Shown here piece by piece: positions 47,788 through 56,350 of a stretch of 64,000 nt of DNA (the first letter of the stretch is position 1; every line of letters starts with the position of its first letter). Source of the DNA: a bacterium (GTDB taxonomy: Bacteria > Patescibacteriota > WWE3 > 2-01-FULL-39-13 > JAACPI01); contig JAACPI010000003.1 of NCBI GenBank assembly GCA_009995545.1, positions 5,781 through 69,780 on the forward strand, given 5' to 3'. The notes under the pieces are model-generated. The model had not been told where the DNA came from, made no database searches, and saw nothing but the letters and a program-made list of their open reading frames with translations. The position numbers were made by a program, and so were the translations under genes.

Positions 47788-49899
47788 TTGAATCCACAGT
47801 TTACATACGAACAAAAACACCTTAAGGATACCCTAGTACTTTTAGACCACAGCTTTAAATTTTTGGATACCGAAACTAAAGACCTCTTTAAAAAATACCG
47901 CGAGGGGATAAAAGCTGCAGCAAGAAGTGGAGACAGGCAAGACAACGTCGTTGAAGAAATGGCGGCCCTAAACCAAATGATGGAGCTTAGAGGATTTAGA
48001 TACAAAGAAGCTTTAGCAGAAAGATTAAAAAGCCAGAAGCAGAAACCTTATTTTGCCCGAATTAAATTCACCCCTTTCGATACCAAGGAAGAATTAGATT
48101 TATACATAGGCAAACATAACTTTAATACTAATAAGAGTAACTTAAGAATATACGATTGGAGAGCCCCGATATGTTCACTTTACTATAATTATCCTGGCCC
48201 CGAAAAGACCGTAACTTATGAATTTGATGTACATAATCCCATAAGAATTAAAGAAATAATTCATAAAAAGATTGATGGGGATTTAAATTTACGTAGAAGT
48301 ATTGATACGGAGTATAACGAAAAAATTAAAAAACCCGAGCTAATTGCAATTTATGATAACAGTGCTCGGGTAGATTTAATGAACAAAGAAATTAGTAAAA
48401 AAACAGGAGGAGTTTTGCAAGACATTGTTCAAACTATTCAGTTAACCCAAAACAAAATAATTAGAACCGATAGAAATGCTGTTGCAGTAATACAAGGAAC
48501 CGCAGGAAGTGGAAAAACTACAGTAGCTATTCATAGAATTTCTTTTTTACTTTACTCCCACCCCGATCTTAAAGAAAAAGAAATACTTTTATTATCGGCA
48601 AGTAAGGTATTAGCAAATTACATTGAAAAAACTCTCCCCGAGCTAGAGATATACGCACTAACTAGAGACACTTTAGAGGATTTTTTACTTAAAAAACTTA
48701 AACAAAAGAACATTTTAAAACTTACCACAGCAATAAAAAAAATTAAAGATAAAGATATCTTAATAAAAACTAGCCCTAAATTTTTAAACAATCTTGATCG
48801 ATTTATTAAAGAAAAAAATGAGTATTTTACTGATTTTGTATCGGAGGCTAAATATTTTAAAGCTTTAAACCTGCAAAGATTTTTTGATAGGGGTAATCAG
48901 AGACCTGTTTTTACTATTATCGACCGAATATTAGAAAACCTACAACAACAATTGTTAGAGGTAAAAATAGAGCGAAAAAAAGGCAATATTACTGTAGAAA
49001 GTAAAATAGATGTAATAGAAGAAACTATTACCGATTTAAAATTTATAAAAGAAGACTTAAAAATAGAAGTTTTATATAAAGAATTTTTGCAAACCCATTA
49101 CCCAAAATTACCTTCAGCAAGCAAGGGTTTAATAGATATCGTAATTTTATATTACCTAGCTAATGGTTTAGTTCAGATCGTAGAAGATGAAGATAAATTT
49201 AGACAAATTGTAGTAGATGAGGGCCAGGAATTATCTGAGATACATTTTAGAATTATTAAAGACTTAGGATTTAAAGCGGGTTACACAATTTTAGGAGACT
49301 TAAACCAATCTACAGAGGACTCCGGAAGTATTAGCGACTGGTCAGATTTAGAAAAAGTTTTTAAGGATAAAAAGATCGAGAATTTCAATATAAAAACTAG
49401 TTATAGAAACACTAAACAAATAAGTGAGTACAGTAGAAAAATATTAGAAAAGTTTAAAGATTTTAAATATTTACCAGAACCCTTTGACAGAAATGGAAAG
49501 AATCCCAAGGTAATTGAGGTAGCCACCAAAGAGCAAATTCTTGAATCTATCATAAAAGATATTACAGATTTAAAAAATAAAGGAAATAAGGGAGCAGTAG
49601 GTATTCTAGAGCCAAACGATAAAAGTTTACAAAAAACTTTTGATTACCTAAAAAGCAAAAAACTAAAATTTAGCCTAATAACAGAAGACTTTAAAAATTT
49701 TACCAGCACTGGGATTTATTTAGTAAACCAAGAGTTAGTAAAAGGCTTAGAGTTTGACACGGTGTTTATTATTGACCCTAACCAAAAATTATTTCCACCT
49801 ACTCCCCTATCAGCAAAAAAACTTTTTGTTATGTGTACAAGGGCAATAAATAATTTATATATCTATCACTGTCAACCCTTAAGTGAATTACTGGTTTAA
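47788..49899 (+). CDS. helD: HelD-like SF1 ATPase (RNA polymerase recycling factor family)
   Basis: PYFARI...YIGK...DWRAP..SLYY; DIVQTIQ..Q; GTAGSGKT; VVDEGQE; GDLNQ; KGLEFD; TRA. Confidence 0.78.
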   Translation: MNPQFTYEQKHLKDTLVLLDHSFKFLDTETKDLFKKYREGIKAAARSGDRQDNVVEEMAALNQMMELRGFRYKEALAERLKSQKQKPYFARIKFTPFDTKEELDLYIGKHNFNTNKSNLRIYDWRAPICSLYYNYPGPEKTVTYEFDVHNPIRIKEIIHKKIDGDLNLRRSIDTEYNEKIKKPELIAIYDNSARVDLMNKEISKKTGGVLQDIVQTIQLTQNKIIRTDRNAVAVIQGTAGSGKTTVAIHRISFLLYSHPDLKEKEILLLSASKVLANYIEKTLPELEIYALTRDTLEDFLLKKLKQKNILKLTTAIKKIKDKDILIKTSPKFLNNLDRFIKEKNEYFTDFVSEAKYFKALNLQRFFDRGNQRPVFTIIDRILENLQQQLLEVKIERKKGNITVESKIDVIEETITDLKFIKEDLKIEVLYKEFLQTHYPKLPSASKGLIDIVILYYLANGLVQIVEDEDKFRQIVVDEGQELSEIHFRIIKDLGFKAGYTILGDLNQSTEDSGSISDWSDLEKVFKDKKIENFNIKTSYRNTKQISEYSRKILEKFKDFKYLPEPFDRNGKNPKVIEVATKEQILESIIKDITDLKNKGNKGAVGILEPNDKSLQKTFDYLKSKKLKFSLITEDFKNFTSTGIYLVNQELVKGLEFDTVFIIDPNQKLFPPTPLSAKKLFVMCTRAINNLYIYHCQPLSELLV

Positions 49900-49907
49900 A
49901 AATATAC

Positions 49908-50936
49908 CTAAACCATTAACTTAAAACCAAATCCCCTTACATTAACAATTGTATTTTCGGGCAACCCGTATAAATTCAACTTATTTCTAACCCTTTGAAT
50001 TAATTTAGAAATACCCCAAAAAGAAAACTTAAGACTGTCTTCTACACCATATAATTCTTTAGAAAAAGCATCAAAGCTTACTGTGTGATTAGCATTAACT
50101 ACTAAAACCTTTAAAACCTTAAACTCATACGGGCTAAAATCTTTAGTTATATCTTTATTAAATAGTTTTAATTTATTTTCTTTTTCATCATAGGAAAAAT
50201 TAATACCGGAGGGCAAATTTAGAATCTTTAAATATTCAAGACCTTTTGATCTTAATTTTATATTCTCTTCTTGATCAACAACGTTAAGGGTAGTTTTAAA
50301 GTCTTTTGCATTCAATACAAATTTTGTTATAAAGTCACTTACCATTTCTGTTTCTCGCCACGAAACTTTTTTACTGTACTCTTTCTCTAATAAACCTTTA
50401 GTTATGCTAGAAGCCAGTCCTTCTAAAATTGTTCCGTAGGGCGCATCTACTCTTTTTGTTATCTGTATTTTGTGATGTTTCGAATTTAGTTTTTTTCCTC
50501 GCAAAGTTTTAAAAGACATATAAACCCCAAAATGAGTTGGGATAATTTCAACCTCAAAAGTATGCCCTTTATAGAAAGGGATTAAATCTACAAGTCTATC
50601 TAAAGCGCTAAGGACTAACCCTGTAGTGTCTTTTTCTAACTTTAACAAATATTTTGCCGTCAGTTTTTTAAATAATTCCTTTTGAACCAATTGCAGTACA
50701 ACTTTGTTAGATAACTCAGAGTTCGTTATTTTTTTGGGATAATTTTTAGTAAGTATCTTTGCATAATCTAACCTAGGAAGAATTATTGAGTTTTCGTATA
50801 GATAATTTTTGGTATTAATATCATCCAAAACGGCCCATCCATTTTGTATATAGAACCCACTTAAGATACCTTCTAAGGTGTGAAGTATTCTAGCTGACTC
50901 GGTATAGACAGAATAATTAATATATACACTATTCAT
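49908..50936 (-). CDS. Protein with C-terminal OmpR-type winged-helix DNA-binding domain and unknown N-terminal domain
   Basis: FSPYEFKVL...IQRVRNKL...IVNVRGFGF; no receiver domain; start at TATAAT-6 nt-ATG 50936. Confidence 0.75.
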   Translation of the reverse strand: MNSVYINYSVYTESARILHTLEGILSGFYIQNGWAVLDDINTKNYLYENSIILPRLDYAKILTKNYPKKITNSELSNKVVLQLVQKELFKKLTAKYLLKLEKDTTGLVLSALDRLVDLIPFYKGHTFEVEIIPTHFGVYMSFKTLRGKKLNSKHHKIQITKRVDAPYGTILEGLASSITKGLLEKEYSKKVSWRETEMVSDFITKFVLNAKDFKTTLNVVDQEENIKLRSKGLEYLKILNLPSGINFSYDEKENKLKLFNKDITKDFSPYEFKVLKVLVVNANHTVSFDAFSKELYGVEDSLKFSFWGISKLIQRVRNKLNLYGLPENTIVNVRGFGFKLMV

Positions 50937-51049
50937 TACCCTATTATACTTACTATGGGTTTTAAATACAATCCACATTGGCAAACTATGTCAAACTTCC
51001 AACGATACTCGGCTCCATAATCGAACAACCATAACAAATTCAACTTAGT

Positions 51050-52753
51050 ATGAAAAGTATATCTGGATTAAGGGCATTAGAATTCAACCCCGAAATTGAA
51101 GGGCTAGAAGATACTATCTTGGGTATTAAAGCGGAATTTGATAGAGTAATGGGTGAAAGATCCTTTGTCGATCCTGAGAGTCAGTACCTAGGGGTAACGA
51201 ACGACCAGGAAGAGTACACGCTGACCCCTAATTCAGATGGTAGGATTTCAATTTCAATGAAGTATAATCTTGAACCTGGGGATCCTAGAATGGATGTTTC
51301 TATAGAGCAAGGGCAACACCTGGAATTATGGGTGGACCAGGAAGAAATAGGGGTGGCTCAACTCTCAAATCAAACTACTAGGCTTCACGAAATTCTTATT
51401 AAAACTCCTGTACTAAGTTCGAGCGCCGCATTAGTAGAGGGTTTTAGTCCACCATTGGTGGCCTTACTTAAAGATATACCCTTACCCCAAAAAGTAGAGG
51501 AACTGGTAAGAAAGGAAATCTCAGCACTTTGTGAAAATACATTTAATGCAGTAACTAGGGCACTTGCAAATAGAGAGGTCGAAAACAGACATGTAATAGA
51601 ATGGTCAATAGAGGGTAGTCAGTACTCACTTGCAGAAATAAGAGTACATCTACTAGAAAATGAAGCAATGATAATTGAATTTTTTCATACACAATTTCCC
51701 ACAAAAAAATACGAAGATAGAGTAGAAGTACGCGAGAGTATAGTGTACTCACATACCCAACATACTTTCTCTACTACCACACCAAAACCAGATTCCTTAT
51801 TACCAGACTTAAGAAAATTCGAATATATAATTCGCTCTTGTCCATTAATACCCGCGCATAGACATGGTCCCATATTTAGATTTAATTACCAAGGTGGGTA
51901 TATTGATATAAAAGAAGATTTTCTAACGGTCCAAGAAATTACATCAATTAAAATTTTAGGTCTGGCACGACACATAGGTTACTTTTCAAATTTATGTCAT
52001 GATCAAATAAATTCTAATATGAGCGCTCTAACAGATGATGAACTTTACGCGCTTAATATACTCCCAAGAGACTTACTCTTATTTGACCCAGAAAAATTTT
52101 GGGGTTGGGAAAGAGAATTTTTGAAAATAGATAAAAATGCGGGATTATATCCTGTGAGTTTCAAAGATCTACATAAAACTAGAGTTGCTTTGGCTATAAT
52201 CAAGCAATACCTGATAAACTGGAATATAGATCAACAAAATGTTTTAATTCTATGTGCCGAACTACAAAACAAACAATATGAGTTAGCGGAAAAAATTGAA
52301 ACTGAAGCTGAGAGGATTTATGATCTGGCCTGCGAAATTGTCCCAGAATCATTAGATGGTGATTACCACATTATTACTTTAGTACACAAGGGATCAAACT
52401 ATAGACACAAAGTTTATCTTTCTAGAGATAAAGATAGAATGTTTATTGAATCCGAGTACAGGTATCAAAAACCCCCAAAAGACCTTATTAAATATGTCTT
52501 CGATTGCTATCCCGACAATAAAGAAATTATGCGCAGCCGACATACAGAAGAAGTTACGGTAGTTGATAGAGATAGAAAAATATCTTTTGTTGGAGTGGGA
52601 GGCCAAAGTTCTGTAATAGGAACATTAAATGAGGCAGACATAACTCGGATCCAGAATATCGGCAAGCTTTTATCCGATCTCTCCCAAATAGATGAAACGG
52701 AACTTCATAGGGGAGCATCTTGGGGAGATTTTTATTACTCAACTTTTGGATAA
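51050..52753 (+). CDS. Hypothetical protein
   Basis: 567-aa ORF, no motif recognised. Confidence 0.6.
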   Translation: MKSISGLRALEFNPEIEGLEDTILGIKAEFDRVMGERSFVDPESQYLGVTNDQEEYTLTPNSDGRISISMKYNLEPGDPRMDVSIEQGQHLELWVDQEEIGVAQLSNQTTRLHEILIKTPVLSSSAALVEGFSPPLVALLKDIPLPQKVEELVRKEISALCENTFNAVTRALANREVENRHVIEWSIEGSQYSLAEIRVHLLENEAMIIEFFHTQFPTKKYEDRVEVRESIVYSHTQHTFSTTTPKPDSLLPDLRKFEYIIRSCPLIPAHRHGPIFRFNYQGGYIDIKEDFLTVQEITSIKILGLARHIGYFSNLCHDQINSNMSALTDDELYALNILPRDLLLFDPEKFWGWEREFLKIDKNAGLYPVSFKDLHKTRVALAIIKQYLINWNIDQQNVLILCAELQNKQYELAEKIETEAERIYDLACEIVPESLDGDYHIITLVHKGSNYRHKVYLSRDKDRMFIESEYRYQKPPKDLIKYVFDCYPDNKEIMRSRHTEEVTVVDRDRKISFVGVGGQSSVIGTLNEADITRIQNIGKLLSDLSQIDETELHRGASWGDFYYSTFG

Positions 52754-52780
52754 AACTTTTAATACCTTCGGCTAGATACT

Positions 52781-53905
52781 TTAAACAATACTCTCAGTCT
52801 GTAATTGTTTTTTAATATCTAACCACCTATTAAACTTAGCTATTCTCTCGCCTCTTTGTAGGCCGCCAAACTTAACGTACTCGGCTCCAACACCAACTGC
52901 CAAATCGGTAATAAAATCGTCGTTCGTGTCCCCCCCTCTGTGACTAACTATAATAGTCCAAATTTCTTGTCTTGCAGTTTTAATAGCTTCAATAGTTTCG
53001 GTTATGGTACCAATTTGATTCGGTTTTATTATTACCGCATTAGCCATTTTTTCTTTTTGAGCATTTTTTATTAAAAGTTTGTTACTTGTTGTTAAATCAT
53101 CAGCTACTACTCTAATTTTGTTGCTGTACTTTAAATAAAAATCTTTCCAGCCTAAATAGTCTTTTTCATCTTTAGGGTCTTCGATAGAAAAAATATTGTA
53201 ATCTTTAAGCATAGTTTCAAAATCAAAAGCATCTCCTTCTCTTGAGGCCTCGGCTATATCAATAGCTATTTGTTTGTCAGGGGCAATTTGTTTAATTAAA
53301 GAAAGCACACCTGAGTCATGCAAGGTACTGCTTGTAAAAGCCCCCTCTAACCCATACCCAGTAAATAAACTATTTGCATCTAAGTGATGTTTAAACTTTG
53401 AAATTAGATCCATAGACTCTTCAACACTTTCGGTAATAAGCATAAATTCTTGCGCAGTAATATACTTACTTCCATGTTTACCCCCTTCAAAGATCAATAA
53501 AAAGAACTTAGGTAATTTAGGGATAAAACCGAAAGTACTACTTATATACTCATAAGTTTCTAACTTTTGGGCCTTAGCAAATAATTTGGTAGCAGCAATA
53601 GATAAAGCTAATATAAGATTTGCACCAAGTTCAGACTTATTTGCAGTACCATCTTTTTCAATTAAAAAAGTATCAAAGTCTTTTAACGTATTAAAGTCTT
53701 TAGATAAAAGATCGGCTTTAATGCTGTTTAACTTTTCTTCGGCTTTTAAGGGGTCAATAGTTAGCGCTTCCGCTTCTCCAAAAGATTCGCCTTGAGGAAC
53801 ACTTGCTACAGTGGAATTTCCAGATGAGTCGGTTAAGGATATTTCAATAGTCCATTTTCCTAAAGAATTAAGAATGGTTTTAAACTCAATTTTTTGAAGT
53901 TTCAT
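52781..53905 (-). CDS. eno: Enolase (short, divergent)
   Basis: DGTANKSELGAN, GGKH, QEFM, SIEDP, DDL, IKPNQIGT, SHR, ERIAKFN. Confidence 0.9.
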   Translation of the reverse strand: MKLQKIEFKTILNSLGKWTIEISLTDSSGNSTVASVPQGESFGEAEALTIDPLKAEEKLNSIKADLLSKDFNTLKDFDTFLIEKDGTANKSELGANLILALSIAATKLFAKAQKLETYEYISSTFGFIPKLPKFFLLIFEGGKHGSKYITAQEFMLITESVEESMDLISKFKHHLDANSLFTGYGLEGAFTSSTLHDSGVLSLIKQIAPDKQIAIDIAEASREGDAFDFETMLKDYNIFSIEDPKDEKDYLGWKDFYLKYSNKIRVVADDLTTSNKLLIKNAQKEKMANAVIIKPNQIGTITETIEAIKTARQEIWTIIVSHRGGDTNDDFITDLAVGVGAEYVKFGGLQRGERIAKFNRWLDIKKQLQTESIV

Positions 53906-54608
53906 TGGGCAAAAGTTGCAGATGTAAAATGGCCTCACCACTTACTTTACTGGCAGAAATTGTTTTTAATACTTCTTCTATATTTCCATAATACACCCGT
54001 TCAAACTTTTTAGTAAGTTCTAAGCCTAGCGAAACTAAACACGTTGGATATACTTCAAAAATTAATTTTAAAGTTTTTTCTAAACGGTGTTTACTTTCTA
54101 AAATTACAAATGTAGTTTTTGTAATATTATTTATATCGTTAAAAGAGTTTAAAGTTTTGGTACACTTACCTATTTTTTTAGGTAAAAAGCCTACAAACAT
54201 AAAATTATTTGTGGGTAAACCCGAAATGGATAAGTGAGAAATGATCGAGCTTGCACCAGGAACACACAAAATTTCAATTTCTAGTTTATTAGCACGTATA
54301 AAACTAATAATTTCGTAACCGGGATCGCTAATTAAAGGGGTGCCTGCCTCCGAAACTAAAGCTGAATTTTTAGTATTTTTAAGTAATTCTATTACTTTAG
54401 GTAAATCTTGTTTGCTGTTAAAATCCGCAAAGGTAACCAGTCTTTTACCAGAAATATTTAAGTTTAAAAGTGAAAATAATTTTCGAGTAGTTGGTTGATT
54501 TTCAGTAATTATTAAATCAGCCTCTTGTAAAACACGCATAGCACGGCTAGAAACATCCTCTAAGTTACCGATAGGTGTTGCTACAACGTACAGTTTGTTT
54601 TCTTCCAT
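53886..54608 (-). CDS. rsmI: 16S rRNA (cytidine1402-2'-O)-methyltransferase
   Basis: LYVVATPIGNLED, SEAGTPLISDPG, GFLP, ELTKKFE. Confidence 0.93.
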   Translation of the reverse strand: MEENKLYVVATPIGNLEDVSSRAMRVLQEADLIITENQPTTRKLFSLLNLNISGKRLVTFADFNSKQDLPKVIELLKNTKNSALVSEAGTPLISDPGYEIISFIRANKLEIEILCVPGASSIISHLSISGLPTNNFMFVGFLPKKIGKCTKTLNSFNDINNITKTTFVILESKHRLEKTLKLIFEVYPTCLVSLGLELTKKFERVYYGNIEEVLKTISASKVSGEAILHLQLLPNETSKN

Positions 54609-54641
54609 CTATAAAGTATAACAGTCGCAAGTAAAAACCCT

Positions 54642-55595
54642 CTAATTTGGGTTTTTAACCGCCATTTTGTTTATAAAATAAACAAACAGAGCACCAAAGG
54701 AGATTAGCAGTATTCCAAGCAAATGCTCTGTATTATAAAGATTAGGAAGGCTACTTACAGACTCTGTATGTTTAACACAGTTTAAAGTAATTCCGTTTAC
54801 AGGCTCGCAAACTTCTCCTAGCGTTTTTACAATTTGAAATGGCCATATTTTTCTTACTGCGCCCAAAACAAATCCAGCTAATAAAGACACTGCTAGATCA
54901 TGGTAATTATCAAAAACATATTTTAATAATTTTGAAAAAACTATTAAACCTAGGGCTGCTCCTAAAGCCACTAACCCGACTGTTATAAAATCTCGATTAT
55001 TCACAGCACTTAAAACAGTTTCATACTTTCCCAGTAATACCAAGATAAAAGACCCAGAAATTCCAGGCAGGATCATAGCCATACTAGCCAAAGCACCACT
55101 TAAAAGTATAAATAAAGGTGTATCCGGAGTTTTAGAAGGAGCCAACCCAACTAGAACAAAAGCAAAAACTGCACCAAAAGCAAAAAAGAGATAAGGCTTT
55201 ATTTCCCATTTTTTAACCCTACTCGATATAGTAGGGACACTGGCTAAAATTAAACCTGTAAAGAAGGACCAAATATAGATTGGCTGGTTTTTAAGTAAGT
55301 ATTCTAAACCGTGAGATAACGATAAAATTGCTGTAACAATTCCAAAACCTAACACGGTTAAAAACTGCCAAGGAAATGTTTTTAAAATATCTTTAATTTT
55401 AAATTTTAATACTTTGGTAATTAATTCCTTGTTTATGGACGAAATTGCGGAGATTAGCTCCTCGTATATACCAAGTATAAATGCCATCGTCCCACCACTT
55501 ACTCCAGGTACTAAATCCGCTGAGCCCATTAAAACACCAGAAAAGTACAGTTTAATATAGTCTCTTAAAGATCTTTTTTGTTTTATTTTTTGCAT
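54642..55595 (-). CDS. DUF368 membrane protein (undecaprenyl-phosphate translocase family)
   Basis: ADLVPGVSGGTMA and AMILPGISGS internal repeats. Confidence 0.9.
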   Translation of the reverse strand: MQKIKQKRSLRDYIKLYFSGVLMGSADLVPGVSGGTMAFILGIYEELISAISSINKELITKVLKFKIKDILKTFPWQFLTVLGFGIVTAILSLSHGLEYLLKNQPIYIWSFFTGLILASVPTISSRVKKWEIKPYLFFAFGAVFAFVLVGLAPSKTPDTPLFILLSGALASMAMILPGISGSFILVLLGKYETVLSAVNNRDFITVGLVALGAALGLIVFSKLLKYVFDNYHDLAVSLLAGFVLGAVRKIWPFQIVKTLGEVCEPVNGITLNCVKHTESVSSLPNLYNTEHLLGILLISFGALFVYFINKMAVKNPN

Positions 55596-55651
55596 AAAGT
55601 AAGATTACCTAAGTACTAACTGGTTGGCAATAATTCGTAAATTATAGGTAT

Positions 55652-55679
55652 TTTACAATCGTCTTATTTCGGGTATAAT
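55652..55679 (+). promoter_or_regulatory. lexA promoter
   Basis: TTTACA-16 nt-TATAAT. Confidence 0.6.
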
Positions 55680-55719
55680 TTGTGTAGTACCAAATTTAAC
55701 CCAAAAGTTACATTACACA

Positions 55720-56334
55720 ATGCCTATCACACTTTATAAGAGACAAAAAGAACTAGTAGATTACTTAAATCAGTATATTCAGAAATTTGGTTATGCACCA
55801 ACTTTAACAGACATTGCCGAAGCTATGGGACTATCTTCCTTAGCAACAGTGCACGAACACCTTGCAGCTTTAGAAAAAAAGGGGGTTATTAGAAAATTTG
55901 AAGGACAAGTAAGGGGGATAGAATTAGTAGATGCATACTCAAACTCAGCCTTAGAAGCAATCGAGCTTCCTGTGGTAGGTAAGATTGCAGCTGGAAAGCC
56001 TATTGAGGCGATACAGGATATGGATCAAACTATTTTAGTGTCACCTAATATGATAAGTAGTAGTAAACGTAACTTTGTTTTAAAAGTAGTTGGTAATTCT
56101 ATGATAGAAGATGGAATAAACAGCGGAGACTATGTGGTAATAGAACAAAGAGAAACAGCCAGTAACGGCGAAATTGTAGTTGCTTTAATTGACGGAGAAT
56201 TTGCTACTTTAAAAAGATACTACAACGAAAAAGGGAAAATTAAGTTAGTACCTGCAAATAGCGAAATGCAACCAATTTTTCCGGATAACTGTATAGTTCA
56301 GGGTGTTGTAAAAGGACTAATTAGAAAATACTAA
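55720..56334 (+). CDS. lexA: SOS repressor LexA
   Basis: wHTH (PTLTDIA...ATVHEHL), IAAG cleavage site, GNSM Ser, TLK Lys. Confidence 0.95.
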   Translation: MPITLYKRQKELVDYLNQYIQKFGYAPTLTDIAEAMGLSSLATVHEHLAALEKKGVIRKFEGQVRGIELVDAYSNSALEAIELPVVGKIAAGKPIEAIQDMDQTILVSPNMISSSKRNFVLKVVGNSMIEDGINSGDYVVIEQRETASNGEIVVALIDGEFATLKRYYNEKGKIKLVPANSEMQPIFPDNCIVQGVVKGLIRKY

Positions 56335-56350
56335 ATTTAAATATTTAGAA

